Part shown: piece after piece, positions 35,105-43,450 of the stretch | Layout: every line of letters starts with the position of its first letter | Position numbering within the stretch: the stretch's first letter is position 1 | IMG/VR virus record: IMGVR_UViG_3300044568_006268 | Coordinates: 1-64,000 of that record | Source of the DNA: an uncultured virus (IMG/VR IMGVR_UViG_3300044568_006268) | Taxonomy: Duplodnaviria > Heunggongvirae > Uroviricota > Caudoviricetes | Direction: 5' to 3' (one strand) | DNA: 64,000 bases | Position numbers and translations under genes: made by a program | Notes under the pieces: generated by a model | The model's database searches: none | Told to the model about the DNA's origin: nothing | Seen by the model: only the letters and a program-made list of their open reading frames with translations

Positions 35105-35665
35105 TTACATGTTGGCGTCTAGAACTTTTTTGAATGATTTAGCATCAGTAACTTCTTCTCCGTGCAATTCAATAGTTTCTCTATCCAAATTGATGTAGAT
35201 TTCTGAACCTTGATATTTCATATCTAAGATAATAGTGCTGTAGTTTTTTCCAATAGCTGTACCACCACTAATTCTTTTGCCTGCCTTTTCTGCCCATGTA
35301 GCAGCCTTTTTAACTAATGCAGTTGCATAGGAACCTTTACGTTTAGCAAATTCCATGATATTAGAAGGTACAGATGCAGCTTCATTAATTACAGATTCTT
35401 CTACTTTAAAAGTTTTGTTTCCTACTTTAACGGTTTTACCTATCAGATCATCAACACCATAAGGTTTTCCTAATTTGTCTTCGAAAGTTTGATCGTCTGA
35501 CCAATCATCAGGAGTTTGTAAAAGTTTTGCAATCACATCGGCTTTAGAAGACGATTCAGTTCTACCCCAGTTGTCGATAACCTCAGAGTAATAAACTATT
35601 TCGATTGCTCCTTCATTAACTGAAGATTCGTTAATGAATTCGTTGAATGTTTGTAAGTTTTTCAT
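35105..35665 (-). CDS. Putative capsid-internal protein (MKNLQTFNEFINE leader), two domains joined by VINE
   Basis: Leader and internal INE site. Confidence 0.65.
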   Translation of the reverse strand: MKNLQTFNEFINESSVNEGAIEIVYYSEVIDNWGRTESSSKADVIAKLLQTPDDWSDDQTFEDKLGKPYGVDDLIGKTVKVGNKTFKVEESVINEAASVPSNIMEFAKRKGSYATALVKKAATWAEKAGKRISGGTAIGKNYSTIILDMKYQGSEIYINLDRETIELHGEEVTDAKSFKKVLDANM

Positions 35666-36054
35666 TATTGATCGATGAATTCTCCATTTAGGAATCTAAG
35701 TAGAATTTTATCAGTGGGTTGTACATTTAAGTTTCCGTTGATAAAAATCTCATAAGAATCATCAGCATATTTGCCGATGCCATAAAGCTCATTGGCTTTA
35801 GAGAATTTTTTATTTATATATTCATATGAGAACTTAATAATTCGCTGAGTTCTGACGTTATAAAATCCTAGAGTTCGGATATGTTCTCGGATTTCATTTT
35901 CATCGGCATTAAGAACCGATTGTGGACTAGGCCATTTGTCAAAAAATGAGTAAATTACCTTTCTAACATTTTTGTTGCCTGTTTGATTTAACATAATGCA
36001 ACCAATAAGCATTTTCCAGGGATCGTGTTGAAATTCTTGTTGAATAATTGCCAT
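35665..36054 (-). CDS. HhH-GPD DNA glycosylase, MBD4-like
   Basis: HDPWKMLI..MLNQT, LYGIGKYADDSY.IF, QPTD match the MBD4 glycosylase domain. Confidence 0.85.
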   Translation of the reverse strand: MAIIQQEFQHDPWKMLIGCIMLNQTGNKNVRKVIYSFFDKWPSPQSVLNADENEIREHIRTLGFYNVRTQRIIKFSYEYINKKFSKANELYGIGKYADDSYEIFINGNLNVQPTDKILLRFLNGEFIDQ

Positions 36055-36061
36055 ATCTATT

Positions 36062-36700
36062 TTATGCTGATTTTTTTAATTTGATTTTCTTTTCAGGTAC
36101 CGGATTAGGTACATATTGAGAAACTGCTGAATTTACAAACTCCGAAGTCCACCATTCAGGTTGATTATTTAATTTGTTCCAGGAGACATTCATGTACGTC
36201 GTCTTGAACGCATAGTATTTTTTATAAGATATTACAGCATCACTAGATTGATAACAGATTGGCATCGCAGTGGCAAAAGGAGTAAGGCCTTTTGATATAA
36301 TGTTTGGTGGATTTAATTTCATCCAATCAATAATTAATTTAACCGAGTGTGGATTGTTTTTCCATCGATTAAGAAATTCTTGACAAAGTTCTTCTGTGCA
36401 TTCAATTAGCCAATTGAAATTTTCTTTAGATTCTCGAGTCCATATAGTGCATGGATGATTAACGTGACTGATTGCATATGGATGATCTGTGCCATCTGGA
36501 TGCTTTCTAGGCCAGCCTTTAAATATTTTACTAACTGCATCTTGATTTTCTGCAATTTCTTTCTTTTTGGAAATTCCTAACGTATGATAGTATGCAGCTG
36601 CTAACATTTGTGTGTGTTCGATTATCATTTTTGAAATGTGTTTATCGCAATGCATCTGTGCCGCAATTCTAGGATTTTCATCCAATACAAATATGTTCAT
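36062..36700 (-). CDS. Pyrimidine dimer DNA glycosylase / endonuclease V family protein
   Basis: MNIFVLD..P..AA..HCDKH..KM..E..QML, HxNHPC..W; real start at 36700. Confidence 0.8.
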   Translation of the reverse strand: MNIFVLDENPRIAAQMHCDKHISKMIIEHTQMLAAAYYHTLGISKKKEIAENQDAVSKIFKGWPRKHPDGTDHPYAISHVNHPCTIWTRESKENFNWLIECTEELCQEFLNRWKNNPHSVKLIIDWMKLNPPNIISKGLTPFATAMPICYQSSDAVISYKKYYAFKTTYMNVSWNKLNNQPEWWTSEFVNSAVSQYVPNPVPEKKIKLKKSA

Positions 36701-36720
36701 TGTAGTTAATTTATTTAAAG

Positions 36721-36777
36721 TAAAAATAATCAAATTAATTGACAAGAAAAAATAAAGTGAGTAGAAGTTATTAACAA
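36721..36777 (-). promoter_or_regulatory. Promoter unit with GTTATTAAC palindrome
   Basis: Palindrome 36767-36775, 46 bp from the TTATTTTTAC box. Confidence 0.7.
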
Positions 36778-36801
36778 AAAAGGAACTCAATAGAGTTCCT
36801 T
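36776..36801 (-). terminator. Intrinsic terminator
   Basis: AAGGAACTC-TATT-GAGTTCCTT + T run. Confidence 0.8.
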
Positions 36802-36829
36802 AATGTGTGCTTCGATTTGTGTTTGTTAT

Positions 36830-37198
36830 TTAGCTATTTAGCTGTTGGTATTCTCCGGTTGTATCATTTACTTTAGCCAATGAATCAGCATAAAATTTTT
36901 GATATAATTTATCGAATCTTCTATCTATCTCAGATTTGAGATTGTCGATATTATTTTCTGTCGCTAAAGTATATTCTTCGATTCGTCTTCCTCGTTCATC
37001 GATATTAGATATTAAGCTTTCTTCAACTTCATCAATTTTACGTTGAGTGTCGTCGTGTAAGTGGTGCAAATCTAAAATTTGCTTTTCGTGAGTTATGTCG
37101 TTTTTTTGTGCCTTACGTATTCCTCTAACCATCCATATTTGCAGAATGACCAAAAGAGTTGCTAGTACGCTCAACACCGATATTAAAATTGGTTCCAT
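36830..37198 (-). CDS. Single-TM coiled-coil membrane protein
   Basis: Hydrophobic N-terminal helix then heptad-rich region; flanked by 12-bp inverted repeats. Confidence 0.65.
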   Translation of the reverse strand: MEPILISVLSVLATLLVILQIWMVRGIRKAQKNDITHEKQILDLHHLHDDTQRKIDEVEESLISNIDERGRRIEEYTLATENNIDNLKSEIDRRFDKLYQKFYADSLAKVNDTTGEYQQLNS

Positions 37199-37233
37199 GT
37201 GTTTGTGTTTTATTTTTAAATCGAAGCACCAAT

Positions 37234-38379
37234 TTATTTTTTATTCATTTCAAAATCGATCATTTGTTTGATGGTTTCGTGTAATGATATTGTAATTCCT
37301 TTCCATTCTGGATAATCAGTTTTAAATTTAGTCAAATCTGAAATATACCAAATATGGTCACCAATTCGATTGTCTTCTAGAACTGTGAAGTCGTTCCAAT
37401 CTTTATGTTCTGGATTTATTTCTCTTAAGATAGAATTTGCCGAATCGATTGCTTCTAGAATCGAAGTTGAATTTTCTCTACCACCACCTGCATTATAGAC
37501 TGCACCAGGTATAGGGTTGTTATGATATTCTAAGAACATACTTACTAAGTCATCGGAATGGATATTATCTCTAACTTGTTTTCCTTTATAACCAAAGATG
37601 TTGTAATGTTTGTTGTTGACAATACACTTAATCAAATAAGCAAGAAATCCATGAAGTTCTGCACCTTGATGATTTGGTCCGGTTAAACAACCACCTCGAA
37701 ATACAACCGTATTCATACCAAAATATCTGCCATATTCTTGAACCATAATATCAGCAGCTACTTTAGAAGCACCAAAGATTGAATGTTTTGTATGGTCAAT
37801 CGACATAGTTTCGTCTACTTCTATTTGACGAGCAGATAGATTCGAAAGAGCTTCATAACGAGTTTCTTGTTCAACGATGTTTAATCGATTAGGAGTATCA
37901 CCATAAACTTTATTAGTTGATGTGAATATGAATGTAGCAGTTGGACAATATAAACGAGTAAGTTCTAACAGGTTCATTGTACCTATTGCATTTACTGAGA
38001 AGTCAGTCAAAGGTTCTTTTGCTGCCCAATCATGTGAAGGTTGTGCTGCAGTATGTACGATCATTTGAATATCATAAACTTCATGAGATTTGCCGAATAT
38101 TGTAAGTTCGCTATCTTCTAAAGTAAGGCCTTTGAAAATTGTTTCTAATGTTGCATAATCTCGAATATCGATAGACAATGGATTAAAGTTTGTTCCATAA
38201 TCTAATTTCATTTTATTTTCTGATTCTTTCGTAGAAGCATCTTCACCAAAGAAATAAGCTCGCATATCATTATCGATACCAACAACATAATAACCTTCAT
38301 TAATAAGACGTTTAACAGTTTGAGAACCTATCAAACCTGAAGATCCTGTAACAATTGCAGTTTTAACTTTATTTTGCAT
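37234..38379 (-). CDS. NAD-dependent NDP-sugar epimerase (CDP-paratose 2-epimerase-like SDR)
   Basis: TGSSGLIG, HTAAQPSHD, STNKVYGD, FGASK, GKQVRDNIH, RIGDHIWYISD. Confidence 0.9.
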   Translation of the reverse strand: MQNKVKTAIVTGSSGLIGSQTVKRLINEGYYVVGIDNDMRAYFFGEDASTKESENKMKLDYGTNFNPLSIDIRDYATLETIFKGLTLEDSELTIFGKSHEVYDIQMIVHTAAQPSHDWAAKEPLTDFSVNAIGTMNLLELTRLYCPTATFIFTSTNKVYGDTPNRLNIVEQETRYEALSNLSARQIEVDETMSIDHTKHSIFGASKVAADIMVQEYGRYFGMNTVVFRGGCLTGPNHQGAELHGFLAYLIKCIVNNKHYNIFGYKGKQVRDNIHSDDLVSMFLEYHNNPIPGAVYNAGGGRENSTSILEAIDSANSILREINPEHKDWNDFTVLEDNRIGDHIWYISDLTKFKTDYPEWKGITISLHETIKQMIDFEMNKK

Positions 38380-38941
38380 TTTTTATAATTGAGTTTTTAA
38401 TTAAGAGTTTTTCGATTTCTACTATTGATTGTTCAATAGATTTTACAGATGAATCAATTTCGATAAATCGATTTTTCCATTTACCAGAATCCGAATGATT
38501 TTTGTAATAGTCATAATACCAATCGAACGAATCTTTTTGTTTAATAAAGTCGTTTTGAGAATAGATGATTCGATCTTTTGGTTTTCGTTCTACGTATTTT
38601 TCGTATGTAGTTGAAAGATAAATTATGGCAAAATTATTATCAAGGAGTAAATCACTTAATGAATCATCTTCTTTGATTAGAGATTTTCTTTCAAAGAATT
38701 TTGAGTAAACTAATTCAGAAAGAAAAGAACGATCTAAGATGAAAGTTTCTTCAGGAAATGCAGAGTACATCATATTAGCCATCACATGAATTCCGTGATA
38801 GAATTCATGTAAGTTTTCAATACATTCAGGCATTTTGTCTTTTACTGACATTTGACGGAATCCGTATTTTTTAGAAAGTATTTCTGCAATCGAAGATTTT
38901 CCTGTTCGAGAAAGTCCTTCAAGTATAATTAGTTTTGCCAT
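38369..38941 (-). CDS. dNMP kinase (thymidylate kinase-like)
   Basis: IILEGLSRTGKS P-loop; LDRSFLSELVY. Confidence 0.85.
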   Translation of the reverse strand: MAKLIILEGLSRTGKSSIAEILSKKYGFRQMSVKDKMPECIENLHEFYHGIHVMANMMYSAFPEETFILDRSFLSELVYSKFFERKSLIKEDDSLSDLLLDNNFAIIYLSTTYEKYVERKPKDRIIYSQNDFIKQKDSFDWYYDYYKNHSDSGKWKNRFIEIDSSVKSIEQSIVEIEKLLIKNSIIKNAK

Positions 38942-38963
38942 AATTGTTATATGATGAAATCGA

Positions 38964-40253
38964 TTATTTGGTTAAGCAAGTGCGAATATCATTTACAATT
39001 CTATCACATGCAGACTCATATGATTCGTGGTCATATCCTACTTTGTGACATAATTCTCGCATTTGAGTTTCGCCGATAGTGCCAATCGTATGTAATGCAG
39101 TTCTTAATTGATATGCAACATCTTTTACGTCGGGTTTGTGAGTATTAACAGAATCAATTTTCGTGAAGTAAGGATATTCAGCATGACCAGCTTTTATCAT
39201 TTTGTGCAGGTAGTTATTTACTCGAGGAAATACTAAAATGTTTTTTGCCATCATAGCTTCGCAATGAGTTACACCACCATGAACTTCAGTAACAAATAAA
39301 TTACAAGCAATATGGGTTTTGTTGATAAACCTTAAATAATCTTCTCGAGTAAATTTTTCGTTATTTGGCATTACTTCGACGTGACCTTTTGATAAATCAT
39401 TAATCAATTGTAATTGTTCATCAGTTACTTTACGAGTAGGATTTAACATTACAGCTCTGAAAGGTTTGTCGGTGATAGTAGATAAAATTCCAATTGCTTC
39501 GGCAAATGAATCGTAATTAGTGTAACGATTTGCAGTATCTGAAATTCGATTACCAAAGTAAATTGTAGGAATTTCAAATTTTTCATCGTTATGGTATTTT
39601 GCAATTTCTGCATAATGAGCACCTACACCCCATACTGACTGAGGAGCAAGTATTTCTCGAGTTTTAAATAGAATATCATAAGCTTCCATTGCTTCTACTC
39701 TACCAGCTTCACATTGAAATGCAGCAATATCAGATGCAATAAAAGATTCCATTTGTCTTTCGTAATAACGAATTTTCTGCGGAACTTTATTTGCAATAGG
39801 AGAATCTAAGAAATAATTTGTAGAAATGATTTTCACTTCTTTGTTTCCAATAGTTTCAAATGCAACTCGCCAATTTTTTGTTAATGTGTTTTCGTCATTA
39901 ATCATTACATCGACATGAGGAAATCTTACAAGATTTGTTTGATGGTAATCGAAGTTGAAATTGTAACGAGAGGTCACAGGAGAAATAGGAATAATGTCTT
40001 CGTAAATTTGAATTGATGAATGATATTTCTCATCAAATAATTCGTAAATGTCGATCACATCATCGCAATGACCTGCAGGTGGTAATTTTACAATGAAATG
40101 GAATTCGTTAGGATTTTGTTCTAATATGGTTGAAATTATACCAACCGCAATATTAGTACATGCATCGTTTCTTAATAACCATTGAGGATAACCATTTCGA
40201 TTAGTGAAATTAGAAACTTGAATTGCATAAAAGATTGTTGTTTTTTTATTCAT
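38964..40253 (-). CDS. GT-B fold glycosyltransferase
   Basis: IYFGNRIS, REDYLRFI, GGVTHCEAM...P C-terminal GT-B motifs; likely ATG at 40253 (MNKKTTIFY). Confidence 0.7.
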   Translation of the reverse strand: MNKKTTIFYAIQVSNFTNRNGYPQWLLRNDACTNIAVGIISTILEQNPNEFHFIVKLPPAGHCDDVIDIYELFDEKYHSSIQIYEDIIPISPVTSRYNFNFDYHQTNLVRFPHVDVMINDENTLTKNWRVAFETIGNKEVKIISTNYFLDSPIANKVPQKIRYYERQMESFIASDIAAFQCEAGRVEAMEAYDILFKTREILAPQSVWGVGAHYAEIAKYHNDEKFEIPTIYFGNRISDTANRYTNYDSFAEAIGILSTITDKPFRAVMLNPTRKVTDEQLQLINDLSKGHVEVMPNNEKFTREDYLRFINKTHIACNLFVTEVHGGVTHCEAMMAKNILVFPRVNNYLHKMIKAGHAEYPYFTKIDSVNTHKPDVKDVAYQLRTALHTIGTIGETQMRELCHKVGYDHESYESACDRIVNDIRTCLTK

Positions 40254-40257
40254 TAAA

Positions 40258-40983
40258 TTACATTTTAGAATAGTTAATAGTAGAGTGTGGTAGGTTTTGT
40301 ATGTAATCAAAATCCTTTTTGAAAACGTGAGCAGAAACTACAGACGAAGAAAATTTACCTGGTTCAACTTCTAGTTTTTCTGCTAATTCGCAAGTAAATC
40401 GACCCCATAAGTACATATCAAGCTTAAGGACTTGTGCCATATTTTGAGATCGCATATGAACATGAACATTTAGCTTTTCATCTCGGATAAAGAAAGTAGC
40501 AGAATCGGTACATGGAAATTCTAAAGATTCGTTTTTATCTAAAAGATTAAGGTCATCTTTATCGAGAATCATAATGACTGCTCTTCGAGTATCAGGTTTA
40601 TCTCGCAATTCCTTTTCGATTGTAGGTAATTGTGATAAAATACGAGGACCATAGAAGGTATTGAAGTTTTCTGGAAGTTGGTCAGACTTTGGCTTTTCCA
40701 TAAACTTAGTGACGTTTGGATATTTGTCGATAATTTCGGTTGAGTCTGTGCAACCGTTCATCATCCAACGATAAAAGGTATCAGCATAATCATAGTCTAA
40801 TTTACCAATCAACTCGTTCGTAAATTGATAACTGGTTAAATCGAGTACATCATAACTCAATCCTGTAATTTCATGTACTTCACCAATGCGAGAAGTAGTT
40901 TGAAATTCAGGATTGTCTATAATATGCTGAGAAGTTTGTAAGAAAGCTTCTTCAAAAGTTTCAAATGTAGAATATTTGTGCAT
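40258..40983 (-). CDS. Thymidylate-synthase-fold pyrimidine C5-modifying enzyme (dCMP-type, atypical)
   Basis: YGPR, DTRRA, FPCT, MRSQN, SAHVF motifs. Confidence 0.85.
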   Translation of the reverse strand: MHKYSTFETFEEAFLQTSQHIIDNPEFQTTSRIGEVHEITGLSYDVLDLTSYQFTNELIGKLDYDYADTFYRWMMNGCTDSTEIIDKYPNVTKFMEKPKSDQLPENFNTFYGPRILSQLPTIEKELRDKPDTRRAVIMILDKDDLNLLDKNESLEFPCTDSATFFIRDEKLNVHVHMRSQNMAQVLKLDMYLWGRFTCELAEKLEVEPGKFSSSVVSAHVFKKDFDYIQNLPHSTINYSKM

Positions 40984-41015
40984 AAAAAATAGTTTTAAAT
41001 CTTATGCAAAATTTG

Positions 41016-41369
41016 CTATTTTGTATCAAGTAATTTTACTTTAGCAACACAAAGTTTTTCTTTGATTTTATCAGTTTTGATTTTACCAAATCTAGAGAAG
41101 ACCATTCGGGTCATATTAGGATTGATTCTATCCTTAATGATATTATCTAGTTCCTCACCTTTAATATTTGAATAAGTTCTCAATTCAAATCGATCTTCTT
41201 CAATGTGAGTTAACATAATTGAACCGTTCATAAAGAAAAGCCTTTTTGCAGTTTCGAAATCTTGCTTCAAAATGAAGTCGTTCATAAACTCGTTTTTCAT
41301 AGTCTTATTTAGTGTTAAGACTACCAATGATTCGTTAATGAACTCATCGTATTTTTTAAATGTGCTCAT
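41016..41369 (-). CDS. Putative capsid-internal protein (MSTFKKYDEFINE leader)
   Basis: CTS-like leader. Confidence 0.6.
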   Translation of the reverse strand: MSTFKKYDEFINESLVVLTLNKTMKNEFMNDFILKQDFETAKRLFFMNGSIMLTHIEEDRFELRTYSNIKGEELDNIIKDRINPNMTRMVFSRFGKIKTDKIKEKLCVAKVKLLDTK

Positions 41370-41854
41370 TACTTATTTAATTTTACCTCTATGATATTTT
41401 TAGGTCCTTTAGAAATAGTGGCCTTAGGGAATTCATGTTTAATATATTTAGAATAGAGATTAAGTCTAGCTATGTTTGTAGTTTCTCCTTTCTTTTTTGC
41501 TGGTGTAAATACGAGAATATCTACTTCGGGATGTGTACTTAAGTCTTTCTTAATTACATCTACGACGGTTGCCATTACTTTAAATAGTTCTCCCTTATTT
41601 GTTACAATATCATCTCTTTCAATGTCTGGATCTTCATCATCCGGAACATAGAATCTCACAGATAAAACGTTGTTTGCACCTTCATAATCGTCTATGTCGT
41701 CGTATTGTAGTTCTACCGTATATGGATAGCTTGGTGTTTCAAATCCATATATTCTTGCATTGCCATAATCACCATAAAAATCAGGATGATATGCCTTTGA
41801 ACTGGAATCTCCTATTTCGTTTAAGAATTCGTCGTATGATGGTAAATTTTTCAC
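41369..41854 (-). CDS. Putative capsid-internal protein (MKNLPSYDEFLNE leader)
   Basis: CTS-like leader, GTG start. Confidence 0.6.
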   Translation of the reverse strand: MKNLPSYDEFLNEIGDSSSKAYHPDFYGDYGNARIYGFETPSYPYTVELQYDDIDDYEGANNVLSVRFYVPDDEDPDIERDDIVTNKGELFKVMATVVDVIKKDLSTHPEVDILVFTPAKKKGETTNIARLNLYSKYIKHEFPKATISKGPKNIIEVKLNK

Positions 41855-42216
41855 TAGTCTTGTTTTGGTTTTTCGCCTTTACCTTTTAACCAATCGGCAA
41901 CATCAGAATCCGTAGTTTCGTATCCTTTAGTTTTTCTAATGAAAGCATTTAAACGAGCATAACCCCATGCAGTATATGCTGCAGGACCTCTACCAATTTT
42001 TTGAATGTTAGGATTAACAGCACCCCAATTAGTTTCAGCTGCACCATAACCTCTTTTAAAGAGCATAGTTAATGCATCTTCGATTTGAGCAGGAGATCCA
42101 CCAATAGCTTTTTTAGTTTTTGGATCGTTTGCAAGTTCCTTTATTCTATCATCTACTTTGCTATCTTCATTTAATGCAAAATCGACGAATTCGTCGTAAG
42201 TTATTAGATTTTTCAC
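41854..42216 (-). CDS. Putative capsid-internal protein (MKNLITYDEFV..LNE leader)
   Basis: Leader + RGxGA...WxxARxNAF phage domain; GTG start. Confidence 0.6.
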   Translation of the reverse strand: MKNLITYDEFVDFALNEDSKVDDRIKELANDPKTKKAIGGSPAQIEDALTMLFKRGYGAAETNWGAVNPNIQKIGRGPAAYTAWGYARLNAFIRKTKGYETTDSDVADWLKGKGEKPKQD

Positions 42217-42224
42217 TTATTGAA

Positions 42225-43034
42225 TTATTTTGGTGTCCAAATCTTTTGAACTTTTTTATTTATATATTCAATGAGTTCGCTGAAATTAGGATCTAACGCC
42301 TGAGAGTCGAATGATTCTTTATTTGTAGAAAACGAAATCTTACCGTAAACTTCTCGAGTATCTAAATATTGAGATATTCCAGCTTTTCGCAAAGAATCTG
42401 AAAATATAACATACTCATATCTACCAGAATTATCGTCATATATAATATTAGGTAAAACTTCGTTCTTAACAAAGTATGTACAATGTACTACTGGAACTTG
42501 GATTAGTCCTTTATATTTTTGATATAATAATGTAGAGTACATATCATCATTTTCGAAATATCCATTGGTATCTATTGATGAATGGAAATTTGAGTACATA
42601 GAGTTAGAATCTACTGAATGCAATAAAGGTGCTACTACTGGTAAATTAGTGGCCATTAGAGAATTGATAGTATGAGGTTTGATTATATTATCACAATCTG
42701 CGATAAAATAATCTGCCTTTTCGCTCATGGCAAATTGAATAGAGTCTTGTCTAATTGCTCCTAATATTTTAAATCGATGAGTATTCCAATCGTGATTTTC
42801 TACTAACTTTAGGCTTTCATCTATCGATGAATCATCAAATACCATTTTCCATTTCCATTTCCACTTATTGTACCAATCAAATAAAACATTAGCAGTATCG
42901 TCGTTATTGTCGTTTGTTCGAATATAAAATACCGAGTCCCATCCAAGAGCAGTCTGAGCTAACATACTATCTAAATACAATGGTAGTATATGGGCTTTTG
43001 ATTTTGCGATAATAGGAATTACTAATCTACTCAT
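42225..43034 (-). CDS. GT-A glycosyltransferase resembling the COLGALT1 N-terminal domain
   Basis: DCD motif; VVAPLL, YSNF, VPVVHCTY. Confidence 0.8.
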   Translation of the reverse strand: MSRLVIPIIAKSKAHILPLYLDSMLAQTALGWDSVFYIRTNDNNDDTANVLFDWYNKWKWKWKMVFDDSSIDESLKLVENHDWNTHRFKILGAIRQDSIQFAMSEKADYFIADCDNIIKPHTINSLMATNLPVVAPLLHSVDSNSMYSNFHSSIDTNGYFENDDMYSTLLYQKYKGLIQVPVVHCTYFVKNEVLPNIIYDDNSGRYEYVIFSDSLRKAGISQYLDTREVYGKISFSTNKESFDSQALDPNFSELIEYINKKVQKIWTPK

Positions 43035-43450
43035 ATATGTTCTAGAATTTCAAGGTGAGCTTTAATCATTCTAGGTCTAGCCATTTCAAACGGCATAAAA
43101 CCAGCCCAATCAACTTCTGCAGCTTGTAATTGAGACTTAGGTATGATTTCGGATTGTAAACCTATTTGGTCTAATGATTTAATAGGTACAATATAATAAG
43201 TTAACTTCTTCCAGGGTTTTCCTGTTTTAGTTTTGATATAAAATAGCTCCATTTCTGGACCAATCAAATTTCGAGGAACATCAATACCAATTTCCTCTTT
43301 AGTTTCTCTGATTGCTGCTTCTATATTAGTTTCACCGGCATCAACATGACCTTTAGGGATCGAATAGGTTCCATACCATCTTCCATTAGTTGGATGAACT
43401 AATAAAATTTGGTCTTTATAGATTATTGCTAATCCTGACGAATGTTCCAT
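43031..43450 (-). CDS. NUDIX hydrolase
   Basis: GHVDAGETNIEAAIRETKEEIG Nudix box. Confidence 0.93.
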   Translation of the reverse strand: MEHSSGLAIIYKDQILLVHPTNGRWYGTYSIPKGHVDAGETNIEAAIRETKEEIGIDVPRNLIGPEMELFYIKTKTGKPWKKLTYYIVPIKSLDQIGLQSEIIPKSQLQAAEVDWAGFMPFEMARPRMIKAHLEILEHI

